64,000 bases of DNA from a bacterium (GTDB taxonomy: Bacteria > UBA8248): assembly GCA_965203325.1 (NCBI GenBank), contig OZ241875.1, forward strand, positions 2,656,001 through 2,720,000, written 5' to 3'. Below the pieces are notes generated by a model that was not told the origin of the DNA, did no database searches, and was given only the letters and a program-made list of their open reading frames with translations. Position numbers and translations under genes: made by a program. How positions within the stretch are numbered: the first letter of the stretch is position 1; each line of letters begins with the position of its first letter. This document shows positions 25,765 to 36,642 of this stretch, in pieces.

Positions 25765-26838
25765 TTATTCCAGCCGTGCGCCGCTTTCGGCGTCGAAAAA
25801 GTGTATTGCGCCCGATTGAAAACCGAATCGGATTTGATCGCCGGGGCTGAACTCGCGCTCGGCGTCGACTTTGGCCACCAGAAATTCCTCATCGCCGCAG
25901 GAGAAGAAAACCAGCGTTTCGTCTCCCAGCGGTTCGATGAGCCTGACATCCGCGGCCGCGCCTTCATCCCCGATGCTCACGTTCTCGGAACGCACCCCGA
26001 GGTTGATCGCTTTGTCTATAGCGGAGCCGGGCACGGCGCCAGGCTCGATGCTCAGCTCGAAATATTCGGAGACGAACCTAGGCGCGTCGCTGTTCTCGAT
26101 GCGTCCCGAGACAACGTTCATCGTCGGCTGGCCGAAGAACGTGCCCACGAACTGGTTGGTCGGTTTTCTGTATATCCCGAGCGGGGTGTCGATCTGCTGC
26201 ACGTATCCGCGGTCCATGACCATGATGCGGTCCGCCATCGTCATGGCTTCGGCCTGATCGTGGGTGACGTAGACGAAGGTGGATTTGAGTTCCTCGTGGA
26301 GGCGCTTGAGTTCGGTGCGCATCTCGATGCGCAGCTTGGCGTCCAGACTGGAGAGTGGCTCGTCCATGAGCAGGACTTGCGGCTGGGTGATGATCGTTCG
26401 CGCCAGGGCCACCCGCTGCGCCTCGCCGCCCGAGCACTGGGCGGGTTTTTTGGATAGTAGGTGGGATATCTTCATGGTCGTGGCGACTTTGGAAACCCGC
26501 TCTTTCACGTCCGTGTCCGCGGTCTTGTCCACACGCAGACCAAAGGCGATGTTTTCAAAGACGGTCATGTGAGGGAACAGGGCGAGGTCCTGGAACACCA
26601 TGCCCAGGCCGCGGTCGCCCGGTTCGAGGTGGTTCACCATGCGGTCGCCGATGAACATCGTGCCGCTCGTGGGTTCCTCGAATCCGGAGATCATGTTGAG
26701 CGTGGTGGTTTTTCCGCAGCCCGACGGCCCGACCACCACCATGAACTCGCCGTCACTCACCTCGAGGTCAACGCCCGCAACGGCGGTGACGGTTTCACCG
26801 AATTTTTTCACCAGGTTTTGGAGTGTAATGGAGGCCAC
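25765..26838 (-). CDS. Sugar ABC ATP-binding protein (MalK-type)
   Basis: GPSGCGKTT, SGGEAQRVALAR, DEPLSSLD, YVTHDQAEAM; GTG start at 26838 chosen for its RBS. Confidence 0.92.
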   Translation of the reverse strand: MASITLQNLVKKFGETVTAVAGVDLEVSDGEFMVVVGPSGCGKTTTLNMISGFEEPTSGTMFIGDRMVNHLEPGDRGLGMVFQDLALFPHMTVFENIAFGLRVDKTADTDVKERVSKVATTMKISHLLSKKPAQCSGGEAQRVALARTIITQPQVLLMDEPLSSLDAKLRIEMRTELKRLHEELKSTFVYVTHDQAEAMTMADRIMVMDRGYVQQIDTPLGIYRKPTNQFVGTFFGQPTMNVVSGRIENSDAPRFVSEYFELSIEPGAVPGSAIDKAINLGVRSENVSIGDEGAAADVRLIEPLGDETLVFFSCGDEEFLVAKVDAEREFSPGDQIRFGFQSGAIHFFDAESGARLE

Positions 26839-26873
26839 CGCAATTATCCCCTTCAAATTCGATGGTCAAAGAA

Positions 26874-26907
26874 CATCATCCCGAACAAATCATCATCCCG
26901 AACAAAT
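26874..26907. repeat. Perfect 17-bp tandem direct repeat
   Basis: CATCATCCCGAACAAAT x2, upstream of the sugar ABC ATPase. Confidence 0.85.
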
Positions 26908-27279
26908 TAGACGATGCGGCAGAAATATTTTGTTCTGAACACTGGATTATGCGCAGATTTGTTATTTTTTTCAACTGCTTCTTTTAATGTTGACTTCTCG
27001 GCTCCGTCGCCCCGATCCCATGTGATAAGCGGGGAACTCAGGATTTCAGATTTTTCCCGTTCATTTGTCCAAGAGACATGCTCGCATCCGCTCCGGAATC
27101 ATTTTCTCTCGTTGGCTCATTTGAACTCTCACGGGAGTCGCTCAGGCGTGGAATGGCGTCGGCACGGAGGAGCGCAGGAATTCTTCATTTTCCACGTGTT
27201 GAATTTATTTGCAAAATTGATTAGTAGAACTAAGCATTGTTTTACCCGCATTGATGCCCGGATGATGATGGGGGCAACG

Positions 27280-27972
27280 TTGGCTCAAAAAATTCTCATC
27301 GTGGAAGACGAGATCGACATCCGCGAACTCCTCACCTACAACCTCCAACGGGAGGGATTCGAGGTCGTGGGCGCGGCCAATGGCGAAGATGCCCTGGAAG
27401 CGCTCAGGAACGAGGAACTCCAACTGATTGTTCTCGACCTCATGCTTCCCGATATATCCGGCCTCGAGATTTGCCGCCATATCCGGCGAGATTCCGCGCT
27501 GAGCCGGCTGCCCGTGATCATGCTGACCGCCAGGGGCGAAGAGGTGGACCGCATCGTCGGTTTCGAGTTGGGCGCGGACGATTACGTGACCAAGCCCTTC
27601 AACATCCGGGAAATGATTCTGCGCGTGAAAGCGGTGCTCGCGCGATCGAAAACGACACCGGCTGCGGGAAAATCACTCAGGCGCGGACCGCTGACCATCG
27701 ACTCCGAGCAATACGAAGCGTCGGTGGACGGACGCCAACTCTCCCTGACGGCGACGGAATTCCGTCTTTTGCACCACCTGGCCGCTCACCCCGGTTTCGC
27801 CCGAAATCGCGACGAGTTGCTCGACGTCATCTGGGGAGAAGATAAATTCGTCACTCCCCGCACCGTGGACACGTATATCCGCCGCCTGCGGGAGAAGCTC
27901 GGCCCGGCGGGGGATATGATCCAGACGCTTCGAGGCGTGGGGTACCGGTTCAAGAAGATGTCCGAAGAGTAG
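27280..27972 (+). CDS. phoB: Phosphate regulon response regulator (OmpR/PhoB family)
   Basis: KILIVEDE, LDLMLP, GADDYVTKPF, RTVDTYIRRLREKL; upstream of the pst operon. Start uncertain (ATG 27262-27268 or TTG 27280). Confidence 0.88.
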   Translation: MAQKILIVEDEIDIRELLTYNLQREGFEVVGAANGEDALEALRNEELQLIVLDLMLPDISGLEICRHIRRDSALSRLPVIMLTARGEEVDRIVGFELGADDYVTKPFNIREMILRVKAVLARSKTTPAAGKSLRRGPLTIDSEQYEASVDGRQLSLTATEFRLLHHLAAHPGFARNRDELLDVIWGEDKFVTPRTVDTYIRRLREKLGPAGDMIQTLRGVGYRFKKMSEE

Positions 27973-28002
27973 TCCTCCTCGCCACCCGGAGGAAACCCGC
28001 AT

Positions 28003-29778
28003 ATGCGCAGATCCTTCTACAAGAAATTGATGGCGAGTTATCTCGTCGTCATCACCGTGGTGTTCTCGGCGGGGATGATTTACCTCCATTTCGGTCTCTC
28101 GGCCCAGTTGATGGAACATGCGGAGGAGAACCTCGCCCGCAACGCGCACCTGGCCCGCCGTCAACTGGTTTCCTCGATTTCGGCGAACCCGCAAAGTGAC
28201 CACATGAATGTAATCGCCGAGGAAATCAGCCGCGCGCTCGGCGTGCGAGTGACGGTCATATCCGCCTCGGGAAAGCTGCTCGCGGACTCCGACCTCGCGC
28301 TCGATGGCTCCGAACGAGCCGAGAGCCGCGCCGACAGGCCCGAAGTCATCGCGGCGAAAGAAAAGAGGATAGGCTCCAGCGTCCGCCGCAGCCCGAGGGG
28401 CGAGGGAGACTTGCTCTATCTGGCTCTTTCGATTGACGCGGGTCCGGTGTCCGGCGGCGTAATTCGTCTGGCCATGAGCCTTCGGGAAATCGAAGAGACC
28501 ATCGCCGAGATGCGGGGACTTCTCCTGGTGGCCGGTGCTCTCGCGTTTTTGCTCGCCATCGCGGTCAGTTTCGGGGCCGGCGTTATCGTACGCCGGGGGT
28601 TCGATGAGATTTATAGATCCGTGCAGAAGATTGCCCGCGGCGACTTCAGTTACCGCATCGCTTCGAGACGGCAGGATGAGTTGGGCGAATTCGCGCGGAC
28701 CATGGACCAGCTCGCCTCAGAGGTGGAAGCCCGTCTCGATGAGCTGCGCAACGAGCGCGACAGGCTGGAAGCGATTCTCGAGGGAATGACCGAGGGCGTC
28801 ATGGTCACCAACGCCACGGGGGATATTCTCCTCGTAAACACCGCTTTCAGGGAGTTTTTTCCCTCGCTGCCCGATTTCGAGAATGACGCGCCGGTTCCTC
28901 TCGAAGCCGTGCGCTCCACCGAGGTGCAGGAAGCCGTGCGGGAGATGCTCTCTCGCTCCGCGGCCCGGATGGAGCGCGAGGTGGAAGTCCTGCCCGCGCG
29001 CACGCTGACCTTACACGCCAAGCGGGCGAGGGCGGAGGGAGAATCGAACCTCGTCCTGGTGTTTCACGATGTCACCGAGGTCAAGCGGCTCGCGGGAATA
29101 CGGCGGGAATTCACCGCTAACGTATCCCATGAGTTGCGCACGCCCTTGACGGCGATACAGTGGGCGGCCCAGACGCTCGAGGTGACTGCGCAATCCGACC
29201 CCGAAGCAACGCGCCGTTTCGCTTCCACCATCAACAGGCACGCGCGGCGCCTATCGGCCCTGGTCGAGGACCTGCTTGAACTCGGGAGGATAGAATCCAA
29301 GGAGGAGCACGTCCGACCCGAGGAAGTTTCCATACAGAGCGCGATGGACTCCGTCGCCCACACGTTGGCTCCCGTAGTCGAGAAGAGGGGCGTTCAACTG
29401 CATACGGAGATTCCCGATGAGGCAGACCGCGTCCGGGCGGACCCTGCAGCCCTGGAGAGGATTCTGATCAACCTGGCCGAAAACGGGGTGAACTACAGTT
29501 CCGAGGGCGGCGAAATCACCGTGTCCGGACACCTGCGCGAAGATGGCTTCGTCGAGGTTTCGGTGGCCGATCAGGGAGAGGGAATTCCCCCCGAGCATCT
29601 TCCCCGGATATTCGAGCGTTTCTACCGGGTGGATTCGGCCCGCGCTCGGGAGAACGGGGGCACGGGTCTGGGTCTTTCCATCGTGAAGCATCTCGTTCAG
29701 GAAATGGGCGGAGATGTTTGGGTCGATAGCACGCCGGGCCGGGGCTCCACCTTCCGCTTCACCGTTCCCGCGCCCTGA
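28003..29778 (+). CDS. phoR: Phosphate regulon sensor kinase (HAMP-PAS-HisKA-HATPase)
   Basis: FTANVSHELRTPLT, RIFERFYRVD, GGTGLGLSIVKH. Confidence 0.9.
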   Translation: MRRSFYKKLMASYLVVITVVFSAGMIYLHFGLSAQLMEHAEENLARNAHLARRQLVSSISANPQSDHMNVIAEEISRALGVRVTVISASGKLLADSDLALDGSERAESRADRPEVIAAKEKRIGSSVRRSPRGEGDLLYLALSIDAGPVSGGVIRLAMSLREIEETIAEMRGLLLVAGALAFLLAIAVSFGAGVIVRRGFDEIYRSVQKIARGDFSYRIASRRQDELGEFARTMDQLASEVEARLDELRNERDRLEAILEGMTEGVMVTNATGDILLVNTAFREFFPSLPDFENDAPVPLEAVRSTEVQEAVREMLSRSAARMEREVEVLPARTLTLHAKRARAEGESNLVLVFHDVTEVKRLAGIRREFTANVSHELRTPLTAIQWAAQTLEVTAQSDPEATRRFASTINRHARRLSALVEDLLELGRIESKEEHVRPEEVSIQSAMDSVAHTLAPVVEKRGVQLHTEIPDEADRVRADPAALERILINLAENGVNYSSEGGEITVSGHLREDGFVEVSVADQGEGIPPEHLPRIFERFYRVDSARARENGGTGLGLSIVKHLVQEMGGDVWVDSTPGRGSTFRFTVPAP

Positions 29779-30124
29779 GCGGGGCCGGCACCTTCTAATG
29801 TAAGTTTTGGTTCGGGCCGGTTTCATTGCGGGGGCGGATTTGACCCTTGCGCCCCTCGATGCGCGAAACGAAGCTGGCATCCCGTAAACCGGATTTGTCC
29901 GAAAAATCACTCGATTGCCATCCGTTCGTAACATTTCCGGCTCCTTTTTTCCCTATAGTCCACCTCGTTCGGAGAGCAATCGCGGGACGGAGCGTTTCTG
30001 CTCATGGTTGCGTATACGCAGCCCCCTGAAGAGGCGATAAAGTTCTCCGGGCAAAGAAGCGCGCAGTCCATGGGGAATGCGGGAAGGTAGAGATTCACAA
30101 GTGTGGGAAGAGAGGGTCCGTCCG

Positions 30125-30163
30125 TGTCTCTGTATGTTCACAGTTTTGTCACGAAAATGTAAC
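30125..30163 (+). promoter_or_regulatory. Pho box array upstream of pstS
   Basis: TGTCTC/GTTCAC/TGTCAC/TGTAAC at exact 11-bp spacing (30125, 30136, 30147, 30158). Confidence 0.8.
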
Positions 30164-30210
30164 AAAGTCTTTCGTTTTTTCCTGTAGTTTCAATCCACCC
30201 ATAGGAGGAA

Positions 30211-31218
30211 GTGAGAATGATCAGGTTTTCCAGGATTTGCGGTTTGGCCTTCGCGGCTGTGATTTGCCTCGTGCTCGTAGCGCAGCCCGTCGGCGCGGCC
30301 CTGATGGTGGACAAGAAGTTGCCCGCCTACAAGGCCACCAGCGGCGTTTCCGGGAACGTGAAGTCCGTAGGTTCCGATACGCTGAACAACCTTATGACGC
30401 TCTGGGCCGAGGGCTTCAGGCGTTCCTACCCGGACGTGAAGATCGAGATCGAGGGCAAAGGCTCTTCGACGGCTCCTCCCGCGCTCATCGCCGGCACCTC
30501 GAACTTCGGCCCGATGTCGCGCGCCATGAAATCGAAGGAAATGGACGCTTTCGAGAAGAAGTTCGGCTACAAGCCGGGCCGCATCCGCGTCGCCGTGGAC
30601 GCCCTAGCCGTCTTCACGAACAAGGACAACCCGCTGAAGTGTCTGAGCCTGCCGCAGGTCGACGCCATTTTCTCCAAGACCCGAAAGGGCGGCATGAAGA
30701 CCGACGTTACGACGTGGGGCGAGGTCGGCCTCAAGGGCATGTGGGCGAGCAAGCCCATTTCCGTATACGGCCGCAACTCGGCTTCCGGCACGTACGGCTA
30801 CTTCAAGAAAGTGGCCCTCTACAAGGGCGACTACAAAGATTCCGTGAAAGAGCAGCCCGGCTCCTCGGCGGTGGTGCAGGGCGTGGCGTCGGATAAGTTC
30901 GCCATCGGCTATTCGGGCATCGGCTACAAGACCGCAGACGTGATCGCACTTCCGGTGTCCAAAAAGACCGGCGGCAAATGCTACGGCCCCGAAGCCAAGA
31001 ACGCCTATTCGGGCAACTACCCGGTCGCGCGTTTCCTCTACATCTACGTCAACAAGAACCCGAACCAGCCGCTCGACCCCCTGAGAGCCCAGTTCGTCAA
31101 GTACATCTTCTCGAAGGAAGGCCAGCAGGCCGTCATCAAAGCGGGGTTTTTCCCGGTGAACGCGGCCATCGCGAAACTGGATCTCGGAGCCCTCGGCCTC
31201 GGGTTGGGAAGCAACTAG
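30211..31218 (+). CDS. pstS: Phosphate ABC substrate-binding protein
   Basis: VGSDT, GKGSSTAPPAL, GRNSASGTYGYF, YPVARFLYIYVNK. Confidence 0.95.
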   Translation: MRMIRFSRICGLAFAAVICLVLVAQPVGAALMVDKKLPAYKATSGVSGNVKSVGSDTLNNLMTLWAEGFRRSYPDVKIEIEGKGSSTAPPALIAGTSNFGPMSRAMKSKEMDAFEKKFGYKPGRIRVAVDALAVFTNKDNPLKCLSLPQVDAIFSKTRKGGMKTDVTTWGEVGLKGMWASKPISVYGRNSASGTYGYFKKVALYKGDYKDSVKEQPGSSAVVQGVASDKFAIGYSGIGYKTADVIALPVSKKTGGKCYGPEAKNAYSGNYPVARFLYIYVNKNPNQPLDPLRAQFVKYIFSKEGQQAVIKAGFFPVNAAIAKLDLGALGLGLGSN

Positions 31219-31296
31219 TTTTTCCACGCAACGCGGCGGCGGGGACGGCGGAGCGGATTCGCCGTCCCCCCGCTTTCATTTTTGAAAACGAGAGAT

Positions 31297-33930
31297 ATGA
31301 GCGAAAGCCGAGTATCAGACGCTGAGGATAAAGAACCGAGAAAGCCGGGCCGGATTCGCGATTTGAGGGCAAGACAATCCGTCCGGATCATCGACAAGCT
31401 CGCCACCAACATCATCACCGTCGGCGGGCTTTTCGTGATTCTGGCCGTGCTCGGGATCATGGCGTTTCTCGTGGCAGTGGCCTTGCCGCTGTTCGCCGGA
31501 GAAACGATAACCGGCTCGGGTGTCTTCCGGGTCGCTGCGCCCAAGAGCCCTCTCCTCAGTGTCGAGGTGGATGATTACAAAACCATCGCCGTCCTGGTTT
31601 CGAAAGACGGCGTGTTGACGCCCGTCCACGCATCGACCGGAAAACCGCTCGCGACGTTGAAACTCGATTTCGAGGGCGCCGAGGCGAGCGCTTTCGGGCG
31701 AACGCTCAAGGGCGGAAACGTCGCCTTCGGCTTCCCGGATGGAACGGTCCGGTTCGGAAAGATCGTCTTCCGCACACAGATATTGCCGGCCGAAAGGGTT
31801 CCGAAGGGACTCACCAAAATCGACGAGCGCGATTTCACCGACGGCAAGGTCGTTTATTCGCGGATTCCGGGCGACCAGATGCGGAAAATCTGGGTGGAAT
31901 CAGAAGTCAAGGAACCGCAGGAGGTGGCGCCGCAAGGCACGCCCATCGTGAAACTCGACTACAAGGTGGGCGGGACTCCCGAGCGCCCGAGCATTTCCTT
32001 CGCCACGGTGGACGCCAAGGGCGTGGCGCGCCTGAGCCTGACGGAGACGAGAGTCAATCTCCTGACAGGGCAAACCACTTCGTCCGTAGAGAGCGTGGTT
32101 CTGCCCGACTTGCCGCCCGGAACGCGCATCGTCGACATACTCCTCACGGAAAAGGCCGATAAAGTCTACATCGGCGTCGAGAATGGATTCCTCCTTCGCT
32201 ACGACACCAGGAACTTCGACGCCATTACTCTCGTGGAGAAGCGCGATCTGCTTCCCATGGATGAGAAGCTGACGGTGTTCAAGACCCTCATCGGCGAGGA
32301 ATCCATCGTCGTGGGAGGCTCCAGGGGGTCATTGAGCATCTTCTTCCAGGCGCGCAGGCCGGGCGCCACCACCTCGGACGGACTGGTGTTGGTGCGCGGT
32401 CATGAACTGGAGAAGCACGCCGCCGCCGTTTCGGGCTTTTCCACCTCCCAGCGCAGCCGGATGTTCGTCACGATGGGCTCGGGCGGAGACATCTGGCTTC
32501 GCCATGCCACGAGCGAGTCGACGCTGCTGCGCTTCAAGATGAAGGACATGACCGGCTCTGCGCGATACATCCGCCTTTCCCCGCGCGATGACGCAATTGT
32601 CGCCACGGACGAGAAGGGCGTGGTGAATTTCTGGAAATTCGAGGCCGAACACCCCGAGACGACCTTTCAGACCCTGTTCGGAAAAGTCTGGTACGAAGGC
32701 TATCCCAAGCCCGAGTATACGTGGCAATCCTCCTCGGGAGACGATGCGTTCGAGGAGAAGATTTCCCTCATCCCCCTGATATTCGGGACCATCAAGGGAA
32801 CGGTTTATTCTCTCATCTTCGCGATACCCATCGCGGTGCTGGGCGCTATTTTCACCTCCGAGTTCATCGGCCCGGAAGTGCGCTCCGTCGTGAAGCCCGC
32901 GATGGAGATGATGGCCTCGCTACCCTCGGTGGTTCTCGGCTTCGTGGCCGCCCTGATACTGGCGCCCATCGTGGAAACGTGGATAGCCGCGGTCTTGCTC
33001 ACGTTCATGCTGATCCCGTTTCTGCTGTTGCTCTCTGCCTATTTATGGCAAGTGATGCCGCCGCGGGTCTCCCTTCCCCTGTCGGGATTTCCCAAGCTCG
33101 GCCTGGTGTTCTTCGTGATCATTCTGGGCTCGCTGCTCGGCTATCTTATCGGGCCGGGATTCGAGAGGCTCTTGTTCGGCGGCGACTTCAAGGCCTGGGC
33201 GAACGGAAACATCGGCATTGCGACGCCGATGCTGTTCATCATTTTTTATCCCGCCTCATTCATACTCGTTGCTTTCCTGGCCGAGCGGTTTTTGGGATAT
33301 GGATGGAGACAAAAACTCAGACAGATGGACCATTCACGGGGTGCGCTCTTCGAGCTTCTCCGCTGGGGCGGAACGCTGGTCGTCGCCGGACTGCTGAGCT
33401 GGGTGACGGCCGTGGTGCTCACGGCGCTCGGTCTGGATGCGCGCGGCGGGGTCATCGACACCTATGTCCAGCGCAACTCCCTCGTCGTGGGCTTCGCAAT
33501 GGGTTTCGCCGTCATCCCGCTCATCTACACCATCGCCGAAGACGCGCTCAACTCCGTGCCGAGCCACTTGAGAGCGGCGAGCCTCGCTTGCGGCGCCACG
33601 CCCTGGCAGACGGCGCTTTGGGTCATCCTGCCCACGGCGGCCAGCGGGATTTTCGCCGCCGTGATGATCGGCATGGGCCGCGCGGTGGGCGAAACGATGA
33701 TCGTCGTCATGGCGGCGGGCAACACCCCGGTTCTGGACTGGAACATTTTCTCGGGCCTCAGGGCGCTTTCGGCGAACATCGCGGTGGAACTTCCAGAAGC
33801 CGTCAAGGACGGGACGCTCTACCGGGTGCTGTTCCTGGCGGCCCTCGTCCTCTTCGCGATGACGTTCGTCGTCAATACGATTGCAGAGGTGGTTCGCCTG
33901 CGCTTCCGCAAGCGCGCCGCGCAGTTGTGA
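31297..33930 (+). CDS. pstC: Phosphate ABC permease, long form with a large soluble beta-rich insert
   Basis: LIPLIFGTIKG, EMMASLPSVVLGF, GRAVGETMIVVMAAGN. Confidence 0.9.
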   Translation: MSESRVSDAEDKEPRKPGRIRDLRARQSVRIIDKLATNIITVGGLFVILAVLGIMAFLVAVALPLFAGETITGSGVFRVAAPKSPLLSVEVDDYKTIAVLVSKDGVLTPVHASTGKPLATLKLDFEGAEASAFGRTLKGGNVAFGFPDGTVRFGKIVFRTQILPAERVPKGLTKIDERDFTDGKVVYSRIPGDQMRKIWVESEVKEPQEVAPQGTPIVKLDYKVGGTPERPSISFATVDAKGVARLSLTETRVNLLTGQTTSSVESVVLPDLPPGTRIVDILLTEKADKVYIGVENGFLLRYDTRNFDAITLVEKRDLLPMDEKLTVFKTLIGEESIVVGGSRGSLSIFFQARRPGATTSDGLVLVRGHELEKHAAAVSGFSTSQRSRMFVTMGSGGDIWLRHATSESTLLRFKMKDMTGSARYIRLSPRDDAIVATDEKGVVNFWKFEAEHPETTFQTLFGKVWYEGYPKPEYTWQSSSGDDAFEEKISLIPLIFGTIKGTVYSLIFAIPIAVLGAIFTSEFIGPEVRSVVKPAMEMMASLPSVVLGFVAALILAPIVETWIAAVLLTFMLIPFLLLLSAYLWQVMPPRVSLPLSGFPKLGLVFFVIILGSLLGYLIGPGFERLLFGGDFKAWANGNIGIATPMLFIIFYPASFILVAFLAERFLGYGWRQKLRQMDHSRGALFELLRWGGTLVVAGLLSWVTAVVLTALGLDARGGVIDTYVQRNSLVVGFAMGFAVIPLIYTIAEDALNSVPSHLRAASLACGATPWQTALWVILPTAASGIFAAVMIGMGRAVGETMIVVMAAGNTPVLDWNIFSGLRALSANIAVELPEAVKDGTLYRVLFLAALVLFAMTFVVNTIAEVVRLRFRKRAAQL

Positions 33931-33937
33931 GGACAGG

Positions 33938-35764
33938 ATGAAGGCGAAAGAACCAAAGAAGAAAAAAGACAAGAAAAAAGCGGAGATGCCGGTTCCGGAA
34001 GCCGACTCGGGCAATTACATGGAACCCGGGCCCGAAGCGGCGCAGACCTTGGAGGCGGAAAAAAGCCCGCCCGGCCGGACGGGACTTCGGGCGTCACTCG
34101 ATTTCAAGGCCAGAGGCGAGCCTTTCATCTGGGTCATGGGCGGAGCGCTCGCTCTGGGCGTGTTGATGATCATCGGTTTTCTCGCGCTCGTCCTGTGGAA
34201 CGGCATCGTGACGTTCTACCCGGGTCCGGTGGAGGTGGTGACTCTCAAGAACGGCAAGAAAATCGCCGGCGAGCCGTTTCGCTCGGAGAACTTTCGCCCC
34301 TCCGAGGAGCAGTTGAAAGGTGTCGACCCCGAATCCCGGCGCGCCATCCGGGAGGCGGACGGGTTTGCGAGCCGCACGCTCTATAGAATCGGAAATTTCG
34401 ACATTTATAACGAAGACTTCAAGTGGGCGGTGGCGCATCAGGTAGCCAAAACCGAGACGCCGCCCGGCATATTCTTCGTCGAGCGCAGGGAGTGGGGCCC
34501 GTTCATCGGTTTTATTAAAGAATTGACGCTCGACGGCCGCCGGATTCCGGGCGAAAAAGTATCTCTGGATGCGTTGTACGCGGCTCACGATGAGGCGGTC
34601 GATCGCAGGGAAGCCGTTCGCTCCATCGAGGTGGACGAGATAGGCGCCATCAACTACTACATCGAAGAAGACAGGCTCGCCCTGCGGCGCACCGAACTCG
34701 ACTACGGGAAGAAGAGTGCGGCGTATCGCACCGAGAAGGAGAGGTTCGAACGCCAGACGAAGGAGAGGCGGGCCGGATTCGCTGTACTTAAGAAGCGAAT
34801 CGCCGCTGTCAACGAAGAGGATGAGAAATTCAAAATCACCCTCCGGGAGATCGGTGGCCGCGAGAAACGTTTGAGGCTCTCGGAACTCGTCCGCATCTAC
34901 CCGGCCAACGACCTGTCGTTCTTCGGGAAGATGGGCGTCTATTTCTCCCGGTGGGGCGAGTTTTTGACTGACGACCCACGCGAAGCGAATACCGAAGGCG
35001 GCGTTCTGCCTGCGATTTTCGGCACCGTCATGATGACGCTGCTCATGGTCGTCTTCGTCGCTCCCTTCGGCGTGGTCACGGCGCTCTATCTGCGTGAATA
35101 CGCCAAGCAGGGCACCCTGGTCTCCATCGTGCGCATCTGCGTGAACAACCTCGCGGGCGTGCCCTCCATCGTCTACGGCGTGTTCGGCCTGGGATTTTTC
35201 GCCTACACCATCGGAATTAGAATCGACCAGTTGTTCTACCCGGAGAAGCTGCCCAACCCTACCTACGGGACCGGCGGTCTTCTATGGGCGTCCCTGACGC
35301 TGGCGCTCCTCACCGTTCCCGTGGTGATCGTGGCGACCGAGGAGGCGCTCGCCGCTGTTCCCCGCTCCATGCGGGAGGGTTCTCTCGCTTGCGGCGCCTC
35401 GAAATGGCAGACCATCCGGAACATCGTTCTGCCCCAGGCGATGCCGGGCATCATGACCGGCCTTATACTGGCGATGGCGCGCGGGGCGGGCGAAGTGGCG
35501 CCTCTCATGCTTGTGGGGGTGGTGAAACTCGCGCCTGAGCTTCCTTTCGACTCCTTCTTCCCGTTCCTGCACCCGGAGAGAAGCTTCATGCACCTGGGTT
35601 TCCACATCTACGACGTGGGGTTCCAGTCTCGAAACTCGGAAGCGGGGAAACCGATGGTTTTCGTCACGACGCTTCTTCTGATCGCAATCATCGCTTTCAT
35701 GAACGCTTTCGCCATCATGGTTCGCAACCGCCTTCGCCGGAAGTTCGTGGAAGGCCAATTCTAG
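33938..35764 (+). CDS. pstA: Phosphate ABC permease, long form
   Basis: PREANTEGGVLPAIFGT, NNLAGVPSIVYG, ARGAGEVAPL. Confidence 0.92.
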   Translation: MKAKEPKKKKDKKKAEMPVPEADSGNYMEPGPEAAQTLEAEKSPPGRTGLRASLDFKARGEPFIWVMGGALALGVLMIIGFLALVLWNGIVTFYPGPVEVVTLKNGKKIAGEPFRSENFRPSEEQLKGVDPESRRAIREADGFASRTLYRIGNFDIYNEDFKWAVAHQVAKTETPPGIFFVERREWGPFIGFIKELTLDGRRIPGEKVSLDALYAAHDEAVDRREAVRSIEVDEIGAINYYIEEDRLALRRTELDYGKKSAAYRTEKERFERQTKERRAGFAVLKKRIAAVNEEDEKFKITLREIGGREKRLRLSELVRIYPANDLSFFGKMGVYFSRWGEFLTDDPREANTEGGVLPAIFGTVMMTLLMVVFVAPFGVVTALYLREYAKQGTLVSIVRICVNNLAGVPSIVYGVFGLGFFAYTIGIRIDQLFYPEKLPNPTYGTGGLLWASLTLALLTVPVVIVATEEALAAVPRSMREGSLACGASKWQTIRNIVLPQAMPGIMTGLILAMARGAGEVAPLMLVGVVKLAPELPFDSFFPFLHPERSFMHLGFHIYDVGFQSRNSEAGKPMVFVTTLLLIAIIAFMNAFAIMVRNRLRRKFVEGQF

Positions 35765-35779
35765 TGGAGACGTATTGAA

Positions 35780-36610
35780 ATGGTGTCCAACGCGGTAATG
35801 AGCGAGCAGGAAGCCGAATTCGAAACGACGGCGTACCACCCTGTTGAAAGTGAACTGGGCAGCGTCATCGACATCGACGACTTCAGCTTCTGGTACGGTG
35901 AGAAACAGGCCCTGTTCGACAACACCATGAAAATCCAGAAAGAACTCGTCACCGCCCTGATCGGCCCCTCGGGTTGCGGAAAATCCACGCTCCTGCGCGC
36001 GCTCAACCGCATGAACGACCTTATCGACGGAATCCGCAGCGAAGGGAAGATTGCGATTGAGGGAACCGACATTCACGACCCGCGCGTGGAAGTCATCGAG
36101 CTTCGCAAACGCCTCGGCATGGTCTTCCAGAAGCCCAATCCCTTCCCGATGTCGATATTCGAGAACGTGGTCTACCCCCTGCGGGTGGACGGCATCCGCG
36201 ACAGGAATCTCCTGGAGGAGACCTGTGAGCGCTCCCTGCGCGACGCCGCGCTGTGGGACGAGGTGTCCGACCGGCTCCAGGACAACGCGCTCGGCCTCTC
36301 CGGCGGTCAGCAGCAGCGCCTGTGCATCGCCCGCGCGATTGCCTCGGAGCCGGAAATCATCTTGATGGACGAGCCCTGCTCGGCACTCGACCCGATCGCC
36401 ACGGCCCGCATCGAGGATCTGATAGCGCAACTCAAGGAGAATTTCTCCATCGTCATCGTGACACACAACATGCAGCAGGCCGCCAGGGTATCTGACAATA
36501 CGGCCTTCATGTTCCTGGGCCGGTTGATTGAATACGGAGAAACGAAGAAAATTTTCATGAACCCCATGAACGTGCGCACTTCTGATTACATCACCGGCCG
36601 ATTCGGCTAA
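35780..36610 (+). CDS. pstB: Phosphate ABC ATP-binding protein
   Basis: [32 protein letters not shown]. Confidence 0.96.
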   Translation: MVSNAVMSEQEAEFETTAYHPVESELGSVIDIDDFSFWYGEKQALFDNTMKIQKELVTALIGPSGCGKSTLLRALNRMNDLIDGIRSEGKIAIEGTDIHDPRVEVIELRKRLGMVFQKPNPFPMSIFENVVYPLRVDGIRDRNLLEETCERSLRDAALWDEVSDRLQDNALGLSGGQQQRLCIARAIASEPEIILMDEPCSALDPIATARIEDLIAQLKENFSIVIVTHNMQQAARVSDNTAFMFLGRLIEYGETKKIFMNPMNVRTSDYITGRFG

Positions 36611-36642
36611 GCGCTGTCGGCTAGGCGCTGGAGGAGATTTGC

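Noticed and set aside
26914..27261. N-terminal extension of the response regulator ORF
   Set aside because: AT-rich intergenic composition; the receiver domain begins at about 27280.
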